Source of the DNA: Hyphomicrobiales bacterium
GTDB lineage: Bacteria > Pseudomonadota > Alphaproteobacteria > Rhizobiales > JACESI01
Reading direction: 5' to 3'
DNA: 64,000 nt
NCBI GenBank assembly: GCA_013911885.1
Contig: JACESI010000005.1
Coordinates: 150,795-214,794, forward strand
Below the pieces are notes generated by a model. That model searched no databases and was not told the DNA's origin. It worked only from the letters and a program-made list of their open reading frames with translations. Below are positions 12,185 through 20,547 of this stretch, piece by piece (within the stretch, counting starts at the first letter, position 1; every line of letters starts with the position of its first letter). A program made the position numbers and the translations under genes.

Positions 12185-12260
12185 GGGCGGTTAGCTCAGT
12201 TGGTAGAGCATCTCGTTTACACCGAGAGGGTCAGCGGTTCGAGCCCGTTACCGCCCACCA
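12185..12260 (+). tRNA. tRNA-Val (anticodon TAC)
   Basis: Acceptor GGGCGGT/ACCGCCC, anticodon stem TCTCG/CGAGA with loop TTTACAC, T-loop GGTTCGAGCC, CCA. Confidence 0.9.
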
Positions 12261-12272
12261 GTATCCCAGATA

Positions 12273-12324
12273 CTGCATCCAGCCATCGCATCCAGATATC
12301 GCATCCAGACATCGCATCCAGACA
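12273..12324. repeat. 13-bp tandem repeat, 4 copies, in the tRNA-Val/tRNA-Asp spacer
   Basis: ctgcatccagcca / tcgcatccagata / tcgcatccagaca / tcgcatccagaca, head to tail, with partial copies on both flanks. Confidence 0.85.
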
Positions 12325-12525
12325 TTGCGATAAGGGTATCGCGAAAATGCGGGCTCCGCTTGCGCAGACGGACATCCTTATCTTTCTTTACCCTTATTCT
12401 ATTGCGTGCCCGGGGGGTGGCAAAAGGCCATGAAAAATTGTTGATGCAGGCGCGTCTCGGTGCTTGACTTGCGAACACGGTTCCCGTAACCCACACGAAC
12501 GCGTCAGCAATGATGCTTAAAATGC

Positions 12526-12602
12526 GCGGGTGTAGCTCAGTCGGTTAGAGTGCCGGCCTGTCACGCCGGAGGTCGCGGGTTCGAGTCCCGTCACTCGCGC
12601 CA
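12526..12602 (+). tRNA. tRNA-Asp (anticodon GTC)
   Basis: Acceptor GCGGGTG/CACTCGC, anticodon stem CCGGC/GCCGG with loop CTGTCAC, T-loop GGGTTCGAGTCCCGT, discriminator G, CCA. Confidence 0.9.
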
Positions 12603-13115
12603 TTTTCTCTCGAAATGCGCAATAATACCCGTGATATTGTGGTCGCCGAAGCCGGCCTGATCGGCCTCCTGGAAAAGCGCATGCAATGTCGATGACAACG
12701 GAACGGCGGCGCCTGCCATACGGGCCAGGGCAGTGACATAGCCAAAATCCTTGGCCACCAGATCAATCGGAAACATTGGTGCAAAGGCCTGCGCGTTCAT
12801 GCTGGCGGCAGCCGCTTTTGCAGCGGGGCTGAAAACGGGCGTTTCACCGAGTATCGCTGATGCCGTCGCGCGGGGAATGCCCAGTTCTTCACCCATATCC
12901 CAAAAGGCCGACGACGCCTCATCGTCGCGCAGCATGGATAGAACAAGATCGGCGCCAGCCGCCGCCTCACGAGGACTGGCAGCAAGGCGCGCCCCCGCCG
13001 CTATCAGATCCACCGCGCGGTCGGGCATGCGATTCCACACGCGCAGTTCATGGCCCTCTGCGAGCAGGCGGGTCGCCATGCGCGATCCCATCGCGCCTAG
13101 TCCTAAGAATGCAAT
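12591..13115 (-). pseudogene. 3-hydroxyisobutyrate/6-phosphogluconate dehydrogenase-family oxidoreductase remnant (internal deletion, no canonical start)
   Basis: The Rossmann N-terminus (TQ)IAFLGLGAMGSRMATRLLAEGHELRVWNR...ADLVLSML joins directly to the C-terminal helical domain FPIDLVAKDFGYVTALARMAGAAVPL. It is about 170 aa, against roughly 290 expected. Codons upstream of the GLGAMG motif up to the stop at 13134-13136 contain no ATG/GTG/TTG. The stop codon overlaps the 3' end of tRNA-Asp on the opposite strand. Confidence 0.7.
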
Positions 13116-13248
13116 TTGGGTGACTGGCTTGTTTCAATCCTGTCAGGTCGAGGGCGCTGTTTGTGAAAACGCGAGTGCGTTCAGTTCGATAATGGATCGC
13201 CCAGAAAACGCAATAAATTATCGGTTTTGCAAATCATTCGTGCCATAA

Positions 13249-14224
13249 ATGCATGAAATGGATATTGCTCAACTCGCCTTGCTCGCTGATGTTTACCGCG
13301 CAGGCGCCTTCGCGCCCGTTGCGCGCACGCGCGGGCTCGCACCTTCGTCCATCTCGCGCGCCATCGCGGTCATTGAAGAAGAGATCGGTGCGCTTCTCTT
13401 CCAGCGCACGACTCGCGCCCTGACGCCCACCGATGCGGGTGAGGCCTTCTATTTACGCATCGCGCCCTTGGCCGAGGAATTTGAAGCCGCCCGCGCTCGA
13501 CGAGACGCGAGACAGAGCCTCGCGGCCATCAGTTCGGCTTCGGATCACGGCATCAGCAAGTTTTGGGCAAATCGTGCTCGCACCCCGGCTCAAGGCCTTT
13601 CGGGCGTTATATAGTGATCTGGCGATCGATCTTGTCTTGTCTGATGATGTTGTCGATCTCGTTGCTGAGCGAATTGATCTCGCGATCCGGCATGGGAGCC
13701 TTTCAGACACTTCGCTGATCGCGACGAAACTGAGCGATGTGTGTTATCGCCTTGTCGCGAGCCCTGATTATCTCTCTGGCGCACCGAAACTGAGCGCACC
13801 GCGCGATCTTGTCCATCACGCCACCATTGCTTTTGCGTATCAGAATTTTCGCACGCAGTGGACGTTTACTCGGGCGGGAAAGACTGAAAGCGTGTCGATT
13901 CCGCCGCAGATTACACTCAGCAACGCCGTGGCACTGCGTGAATGCGCGTGTCAGGGCCTGGGTCTTGCTCTGCTTGCCGACTGGACTGTGGCGCCTGACA
14001 TCGAGTCCGGACGGCTCGTGGAACCACTCGCCGATTGGTCCGCCTCAGGTGCTGACCAAGGCAGCGCAATTTGGCTGATCTGGCCGAGCCGACGTTTCGT
14101 TCCGGCGAAAGTGAGAGCTTTTGTGGATTGGTTGATGCTTGAGACTCAGGCCGACAAGGGCCGTAATGGTCAGCACGCGAGAGCGTTGATCAATCGTGCC
14201 GCTTCGGGTTGCGATGGCCGATAA
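13249..14224 (+). pseudogene. LysR-family transcriptional regulator, frameshifted
   Basis: The HTH half (ORF 13249..13614: LLADVYRAGAFAPVARTRGLAPSSISRAIAVIEEEIGALLFQRTTR) and the effector-binding half (ORF 13433..14224: LDETRDRASRPSVRLRITASASFGQIVLAPRL...) are in different frames. The switch falls in gccgcccgcg at about 13486-13495. It is divergent from the dehydrogenase remnant. Confidence 0.8.
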
Positions 14225-14294
14225 CGAAAGTGCTACGCGACAATCTCGGCTCCAATCATTCTGACCGATCATGGCGTTAATCTCGCCGTCATAT

Positions 14295-15794
14295 TTAGGA
14301 TTTCCGGGATTTCAGGAAGCGATCACCGATCGCAGGCGCAAGCGACCACAGAATGAAAACAAGCGCCAATCCGAGAATGGACGCACTGATCGGTCGTGTC
14401 AGGAAAACAGTCCAGTCCTGATGTGAATTTGCCATCGATGTCAGGAAATAACGCTCCGCCAGCGGCCCGAGGATGACCCCCAGTACCAGCGGTGCCGTTG
14501 GAAAGCCGATCCGTTTCATGCCCCAGCCAAGCACGCCGAAGGCAAGGCAGACATAGACATCGAAGATGTTGTTGCGCACACCGTAAGCGCCGATGACGCT
14601 GAGCACGATGATAAAGGCCGCGAGTATCGCCGGTGGCGTGCGCATCAGGGTTGAAAATGCCTGCGCCACGCCAAGACCCGCACCGATCATCAGAATATTG
14701 GCGAGGATCATCGCAGCAAAAATCGTATAGACCATGGCCGGATCGGTGATGAAGAGAAGTGGGCCCGGATTGACCCCATGCAGCATCATCGCGGCCAGCA
14801 TGATGGCGGTTGCAGCACTTCCGGGAATGCCGAGGGTGAGAAGCGGCACCATTGCGGCGCCCGTTGTCGCATTCTTTGCAGCCTCCGGCGCGGCGAGCCC
14901 GTCATCAATGCCGCTTCCGAAATCATTGCCATGTCTGGAGACCTGTTTTTCGATGCCATAGGCAATCACCGCGCCCGGCGTTGCGCCAGCGCCCGGAATC
15001 ATGCCGATCATGCAACCGATGCCCGTGCCGCGCAGGATCGCACCCTTGACGCCCCACAGGTCGGTGAACCGGGCGCCAATCGGCTTGCCGTCCGATTTTT
15101 TCGGGCGCAAATCCCGGCTTGTGGCGAGAAGGTCCACGACCTCGCCAATAGCGAACAGCCCGATCATGACGACGACAAAGCGGATGCCGCTTTCCATTTC
15201 TGCGATACCGAAGCTGAAACGCGCCTGACCATAGAGCGGATCAACCCCGACCGTGCCTACAAGAATGCCAAGAAGCAGCGAGACCATCGTGACGACGGGC
15301 TGATCCTTTGCAATTGCAATGACGCTGACGAGGCCGAGAAGCGTGGCCGCAAAGAACTCCGGCTGCGAGAATTTCAATGCGAAACTTGCAAATGGCGCGG
15401 ATAGAAATGTGAGCACAAGGGCGCTGACCAGACCGCCGACGGCAGACGCTGTGACGGCGATGGCGAGGGCGCGTTTGACTTCGCCGCGTTTTGTCATCGG
15501 ATAACCATCCCAAGTGGCGGGCAGGGATGCAGGCGTGCCCGGAACATTGATCATGATGGCGGAGATCGAACCGCCGAAAACACCACCGACATAAATGCCG
15601 CCAAGAAACAGCATGGATTGGGTTGGTGCCATGACATAGGTGAAGGGCAGCGCCATCGCCATCGCGTTGACGAAGGAAATGCCGGGCAATGCGCCCGCCA
15701 CCACGCCGACCAGCAGCCCCGTCACAATGGTCATGAACGACCAGAATTCAAACGCAGCCAGAAAGCCGCCGCCAAGGAGTTCCAACGCGTTCAT
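14295..15794 (-). CDS. tctA: Tripartite tricarboxylate transporter large permease TctA
   Basis: 499-aa polytopic membrane ORF with the TctA-family pattern, following tctC and tctB. Confidence 0.9.
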   Translation of the reverse strand: MNALELLGGGFLAAFEFWSFMTIVTGLLVGVVAGALPGISFVNAMAMALPFTYVMAPTQSMLFLGGIYVGGVFGGSISAIMINVPGTPASLPATWDGYPMTKRGEVKRALAIAVTASAVGGLVSALVLTFLSAPFASFALKFSQPEFFAATLLGLVSVIAIAKDQPVVTMVSLLLGILVGTVGVDPLYGQARFSFGIAEMESGIRFVVVMIGLFAIGEVVDLLATSRDLRPKKSDGKPIGARFTDLWGVKGAILRGTGIGCMIGMIPGAGATPGAVIAYGIEKQVSRHGNDFGSGIDDGLAAPEAAKNATTGAAMVPLLTLGIPGSAATAIMLAAMMLHGVNPGPLLFITDPAMVYTIFAAMILANILMIGAGLGVAQAFSTLMRTPPAILAAFIIVLSVIGAYGVRNNIFDVYVCLAFGVLGWGMKRIGFPTAPLVLGVILGPLAERYFLTSMANSHQDWTVFLTRPISASILGLALVFILWSLAPAIGDRFLKSRKS

Positions 15795-15810
15795 CTCGTT
15801 CCTTCTTTTG

Positions 15811-16410
15811 TCAGTAGATGCCGATTGTTCTCAGCAACCCGATGCTGAAGCCGTCGAAAGGCCCCTGTCCGCGCGGGAGCGGCATCAGGGCAAGCCCCAT
15901 GAACAGCCAGAGAAGGCCGAGCGTTCCCATGAGCGCTACCGGAACCACGATTTTCCAATCGCGCAGCCCGCCATAGATGCACCAGAGGGCGATGAACACG
16001 ACAGTCGCGATTGCAAAACCGATCTTGGCCAGAAGAAAGCCATAGGCAATGATCATGAAAAGCCCGACGAGTGCCTTGCCGAAATGATATTTTTCTTCTT
16101 CAACCGGTGCCTGCAACAGGGGCGTGCTGCTGCCCCGTCGCAACGCCCAAAGGTCGATGGCAATCCACAGGAGGGCGAAGAAAGCAAGGCCATAAAGCAT
16201 CGTATTGGGCCATGCCGCAGGCCCGAGGCCGATATCGCTTGATCGCTGAACGGATTTGAACATCTGCCCCGGCAACACAACCGCGAGGATGAGAATCCCT
16301 ATTGGCACCAGTGTTGGAAGCCGGTCACGTATAGTGCTGATACCGGAGGACGACGGCCCTCCGGTCTTTGTGGTGAATGCGGCGATCCGCGTTTCTTTCT
16401 CCCGATCCAT
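15811..16410 (-). CDS. tctB: Tripartite tricarboxylate transporter small permease TctB-family protein
   Basis: Hydrophobic ORF of up to 199 aa between tctC and tctA. The start is uncertain because the family is usually about 150 aa. Confidence 0.7.
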   Translation of the reverse strand: MDREKETRIAAFTTKTGGPSSSGISTIRDRLPTLVPIGILILAVVLPGQMFKSVQRSSDIGLGPAAWPNTMLYGLAFFALLWIAIDLWALRRGSSTPLLQAPVEEEKYHFGKALVGLFMIIAYGFLLAKIGFAIATVVFIALWCIYGGLRDWKIVVPVALMGTLGLLWLFMGLALMPLPRGQGPFDGFSIGLLRTIGIY

Positions 16411-16422
16411 CGGATGTGTCTT

Positions 16423-17370
16423 TTATTTTGCGAGCTGGTTTGCGATGAGATCGCGGAAATCCCGCACCATGGCCTGCGCCGCATCGCCGGTAATGGGGGT
16501 GATGCAGGTATAGGTCTTGGCGCAGAAGGCCTTCCAGTCGTCTGATGCCGTCGCCGTTGCCACCGCAGCCTCGAGTTTCGCAACAATATCCGCAGGGGTT
16601 GCGGCTGCGACAGCGACCGTGCGGTAATTGTCGAGGCCGGAAATGTCGATGCCGAGTTCTTTGGAGGTCGGAACATCCGGAAACTCCTTGTGGCGCTCCG
16701 CTGAGAAAACAACGACGGGCTTCAACTGTCCTGCCGCAATAAACTGAGCAACATCGCCCGGTTCCTCATAGATTGCTGCCGTATGACCGCCAATCGGCGA
16801 GGCATAGCGCTCTGCCGGAGCCTGAAACGGAACATTCTCCATTTTAATTCCGGCTTTTTCCAGAAGCTTCAGCGTTACGTCATCCTGTGTGCCATAGCCC
16901 GATGTCGCAACCGTGATCGCGGCCGGATTGGCCTTGGCGAAATCGAACAATTGCTGTGCCGTCTGGTGCGGGCTTGCTGCCGGAACGAACAGGAACGAGG
17001 GTGAACTCTGGACAACGGAGATGACCCGGAAATCCTCAGGTTTGTTGTCCCCCAGTCCTGACGCCCAGGAGGCAACGGTCAAGGAGATCAACGTGCCCAA
17101 TGTGTAGCCGTCGGCGGCGTTGGTGCGAAGCTTGGTCAGCCCCGCATTGCCGGAAGCGCCGGCAACATTTGAAACGGGAACGGCAATACCCAGCGATTTT
17201 TCAAGCAGTTTCGCCATCGTGCGGCCCATCAGGTCAGCGCCGCCGCCTGGTCCGAAGGTCACGACCATTTCGACCGGGCGGTTCGGATAGTCGAGGGCAG
17301 AAGCGGTATGGGTCATTGCTACTGCCAGGACGGCAGCGCATATAGCGGATTTTCCGAAAAGTCTTTTCAT
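16423..17370 (-). CDS. tctC: Tripartite tricarboxylate transporter substrate-binding protein (Bug/TctC family)
   Basis: 315-aa ORF with a signal peptide MKRLFGKSAICAAVLAVAMTHTASA, then YPNRPVEMVVTFGPGGGADLMGR, typical of Bug/TctC. Confidence 0.9.
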   Translation of the reverse strand: MKRLFGKSAICAAVLAVAMTHTASALDYPNRPVEMVVTFGPGGGADLMGRTMAKLLEKSLGIAVPVSNVAGASGNAGLTKLRTNAADGYTLGTLISLTVASWASGLGDNKPEDFRVISVVQSSPSFLFVPAASPHQTAQQLFDFAKANPAAITVATSGYGTQDDVTLKLLEKAGIKMENVPFQAPAERYASPIGGHTAAIYEEPGDVAQFIAAGQLKPVVVFSAERHKEFPDVPTSKELGIDISGLDNYRTVAVAAATPADIVAKLEAAVATATASDDWKAFCAKTYTCITPITGDAAQAMVRDFRDLIANQLAK

Positions 17371-17455
17371 GGTTTCCTCCCTTGTGAAAATGTTTCAGGC
17401 CTGATCAAAAGGCTCAGTCTATTGAAAGTCTCGGCGACGCACTCCCTCAAGTACA

Positions 17456-18982
17456 TCATGGTTTTCCTGTGATTTGGGCCAGTCGCAGGCGCTGGATTTT
17501 CCCCGAGGGTCCTTTCGGCAGTTCCTCCAGAAAATGGATCGTATCGGGTGACTTGAATTTCCCGAGCTTGCTCTTGCAAAGTTCAACCAGTGTTTCGCAA
17601 CTCACCTGCGCGCCGTCGCGCAGTGTCACGGCGGCCTCAACGCGCTCGCCATAGGTGGCGCAGGGGCGGGCGAAAGCCGCCGCCTCGATGACGTCGGGAT
17701 GCGAATAAAGCGCCTCATCGACCTCGCGCGGGGCGATATTCTCGCCACCCTTGATGATCAGTTCTTTCAGCCGCCCCGTGACGTAGACATAGCCGTCCTT
17801 GTCCATCCGGCCAAGGTCGCCGGTGCGCAGATAGCCATCGCTGGTCAGCGCCGCGTCGGTCGCTTCCGGGTTGCGGAAATATTCGAGCATGACATTCGGT
17901 CCGCGAACCGCGATTTCGCCCTCTGTTTCCGGCGGCAGAACCTGAAGTTCCTGTGACAGGATTGCGACAATGTTGCCGTAGGCAATGCCGGGCGAGCCGA
18001 TCTTGCGCATTCCCGGTGGTAGCGGATTGGAGAGAATTTGCGCCGCGGTCTCTGTCAGCCCCATGGTCTCGACGATGGGAATGGCAAAGCGCGTCTCAAA
18101 GGCGGATTGGGTTTCCACGGCCAGGGCGGAAGAGGCTGAGCGCCCGAAACGTATCCGTTCCCGCGTCGCCAGATCGGGGTCACGATCCCCGTGCAGTAAA
18201 TGCGAAATGATGGTTGGGACGACCGAGAACCACGTGATATCGAAATCCCGGCAGTCCGACCAGAACCGGCTTGCTGAAAAACGCTCGCAGACGACGACTG
18301 ACCCGCCTGAAACCAAAGGCGCGATGATTGTTACACAAAGGCCGTTGATGTGATAGATCGGCAGGACGCACAAGGCGCGGTCTGACGGCGACAAGGCGTG
18401 GGCGATGGTCGGTGTCCATCCGCCGGCAAGAAGGCTCGCGTGGCTGTGCAGCACGCCTTTCGGTCGCCCGGTCGTCCCGGATGTATACATCAGGATGGCG
18501 TGATCTTCGGGCCTGAGGTCTGCAAGGCCAGCCTTGCTGGCGGGCAAAGGCCATTCAATGGCTTTTCCGACGCGGATTGTTTCAATGGTGATATCATGCG
18601 CTGCCTTTGCGGCCTGATAGAGTCCGTCCTGTGTTTCGCCGAGAAGCAGGCATTGTGCGCCGCAATGACTGAGCGTATAGCCGATTGCTTCCGCGCCTGC
18701 GCCCAGATTGATGATCGCCGTGCGAAAGCCCCCATATAGCGCGCCGTAAAGGCAGAGAATAGCCATGCGACTGTTCGGCAGCATCAGCGCCACGCTGTCA
18801 CCTTTCGAAAGGCCCATGCCAGCGAGATGCGCCGCGATATCGGCAGCGTCCGCGCGCAGTCCTGCCCATGTCAGCGGCGCGTCATCCGGAAAGAGATGGC
18901 TGATCGTCGCCCCGTCGTGCGCCGCGCGCCGGTCAAGCCAGCTTCGGATGGTTCCCTGCGGGGCTGTGCCGACGTCGATCAT
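17456..18982 (-). CDS. AMP-forming acyl-CoA synthetase/ligase (class I adenylate-forming enzyme)
   Basis: 508-aa ORF: MYTSGTTGRPKGV, YHINGL, TGDLGRMDKDGYVYVTGRLKELIIKGGENI, PKGPSGKIQR. The start overlaps the stop of the upstream aldehyde dehydrogenase by 4 nt. Confidence 0.9.
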   Translation of the reverse strand: MIDVGTAPQGTIRSWLDRRAAHDGATISHLFPDDAPLTWAGLRADAADIAAHLAGMGLSKGDSVALMLPNSRMAILCLYGALYGGFRTAIINLGAGAEAIGYTLSHCGAQCLLLGETQDGLYQAAKAAHDITIETIRVGKAIEWPLPASKAGLADLRPEDHAILMYTSGTTGRPKGVLHSHASLLAGGWTPTIAHALSPSDRALCVLPIYHINGLCVTIIAPLVSGGSVVVCERFSASRFWSDCRDFDITWFSVVPTIISHLLHGDRDPDLATRERIRFGRSASSALAVETQSAFETRFAIPIVETMGLTETAAQILSNPLPPGMRKIGSPGIAYGNIVAILSQELQVLPPETEGEIAVRGPNVMLEYFRNPEATDAALTSDGYLRTGDLGRMDKDGYVYVTGRLKELIIKGGENIAPREVDEALYSHPDVIEAAAFARPCATYGERVEAAVTLRDGAQVSCETLVELCKSKLGKFKSPDTIHFLEELPKGPSGKIQRLRLAQITGKP

Positions 18983-20394
18983 TGCCCGACCTCCGCCCAG
19001 TAATTGCCGAAAATATCTTCAAGGGCTGGTTCGCGCGGCGGGATCGGACGGATAATTTTCGTGCGCTGCATGAAATGACGCCAATGCAGGTTGTCATCGA
19101 TTGAATTGCCGCCCCAACTGCCGCAGCCCATGGAGAGCGAGAACGGCAGTCCGTTTTCAAAGCTGCCGCCAGTTGCGAATGTGTGCGCCTGATTGACGAT
19201 AACCCGACAGGTCGGCATGGACATGCCGAGGGCGACCGGTCGATCGGCCCGCGCTGTATGAATACCGAGAGAATGGCCGGCACCCTGATGCGCCATGATC
19301 CGGCGGGTGATGCGAACCGCATCGTCATAATCGCGCGCCCGATAGAGCGCTGCGACCCGGCTCAGTTTTTCGCCGGAAAGCGGATGGCTGTTTCCGATGC
19401 CCGCAGTCTCGACCGCGACAAACTTGGTGCCAGTCGGCACTTTGCCGGACAGGTCGAGCTTCTCGATCATCACATCGGCATCCCGTGCGATCACTTCACG
19501 GTTCAGATGCCCTTCCGGCCAAAGCTTTTCGACAATACCCGACGCTGCCGCCGGTGGCAGATAGGCGCCGCCTTCCGCCGCCAGCGCATCGATAAAGCGA
19601 TCAAAGATCGCTTCCACCACGACAATGGCATTTTCCGACGAACAGGAAGTGGCATTATCGAACGTTTTCGAAAGCGTGATCTTTTTGGCGGCTGCGGCAA
19701 GATCAGCGGTTTCATCGACAATCACGGTGACATTGCCCGCACCAACGCCAATCGCCGGTGTGCCACTCGAATAGGCGCGGCGCACATTGTCCTGGCTGCC
19801 GGTCACGACGGCAAGGTCGGCGCATTCCAGAAGGCGCTGCGTATCGGCTTTGGTTCCGGGCGGAGGTACCATTTGCACAAGCCGTTTATCCTCGCCAATC
19901 TTGTCAAATTCCGCGTGGATGTAATCAAGCAGCAATGCGCAGCAGGCAACCCCCTTCGGCGACGGCGAGACGATGATCGCGTTGCCGCATTTGAGGGCGT
20001 TGATGATGTTGTTGGCGGGGGTTGCAGCAGGGTTGGTCGAGGGAACCACAGCGCCGATCACCCCGATGGGGCGGGCAATTTCGATGATCCCGGTTTCCGG
20101 ATCATCGGAAAGGATGCCGAAAGTATGCGCATTCTTGATATCCCGCATCAGGCCAAGGGTCTTGCGGTGATTTTTGGTGATCTTGTCCGCAACATTGCCA
20201 AGCCCGGTGCTTTGTACAGCCAATTCGGCAAGCGCGCGGTTGCGCTCCGGTTGCATGATTGCCCATGCCGCCGCCTGCGCCGCCCGGTCAAAACGCGCCT
20301 GACTTCCGGCTGTCTCATAATTCGCCTGGGCGATCCGGGCCTGTTCGATCAGATGATCAACCGGATTTGGCTCGTTTCGGATTTCAGGCCGCAT
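18979..20394 (-). CDS. CoA-acylating aldehyde dehydrogenase (SucD/EutE-like)
   Basis: The 761-aa ORF 18979..21264 is trimmed to the ATG at 20394 (MRPEIRNEPNPVDHLIEQARIAQ..., 471 aa); the upstream part is antisense to lacI. Motifs: VPSTNPAATP, SSGTPAIGVGAGN, TFDNATSCSSE (catalytic Cys), SMGCGSWGGNS. Confidence 0.85.
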   Translation of the reverse strand: MRPEIRNEPNPVDHLIEQARIAQANYETAGSQARFDRAAQAAAWAIMQPERNRALAELAVQSTGLGNVADKITKNHRKTLGLMRDIKNAHTFGILSDDPETGIIEIARPIGVIGAVVPSTNPAATPANNIINALKCGNAIIVSPSPKGVACCALLLDYIHAEFDKIGEDKRLVQMVPPPGTKADTQRLLECADLAVVTGSQDNVRRAYSSGTPAIGVGAGNVTVIVDETADLAAAAKKITLSKTFDNATSCSSENAIVVVEAIFDRFIDALAAEGGAYLPPAAASGIVEKLWPEGHLNREVIARDADVMIEKLDLSGKVPTGTKFVAVETAGIGNSHPLSGEKLSRVAALYRARDYDDAVRITRRIMAHQGAGHSLGIHTARADRPVALGMSMPTCRVIVNQAHTFATGGSFENGLPFSLSMGCGSWGGNSIDDNLHWRHFMQRTKIIRPIPPREPALEDIFGNYWAEVGQ

Positions 20395-20438
20395 ATCATT
20401 TCCCGCGCGGTTTTGCTGCTTGCATCCAACGGTAAGCC

Positions 20439-20466
20439 ATGAAAATAGTATTGCAAATGTTTTCAT
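20439..20466. promoter_or_regulatory. Imperfect 28-bp palindrome in the divergent lacI / operon control region (candidate operator)
   Basis: ATGAAAAtagtaTTGCAAatgTTTTCAT has 7-bp perfect outer arms around a central TTGCAA. It lies between the aldehyde dehydrogenase start (20394) and the LacI gene. Confidence 0.3.
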
Positions 20467-20547
20467 AAAACGACCAGAAATTGCTATATTATGATTATAA
20501 AATAATCCTATAAGGTTGATATTATCACCGTCGCCCAAGTTGCGCGT

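Noticed and set aside
12591-12602. tRNA-Asp 3' end as an integrase attachment site, because the dehydrogenase remnant's stop codon overlaps the tRNA
   Set aside because: The remnant's C-terminus aligns close to the natural end of the family. No integrase, direct repeat of the tRNA 3' end or other island hallmark is nearby. Tight convergent packing is the simpler explanation.
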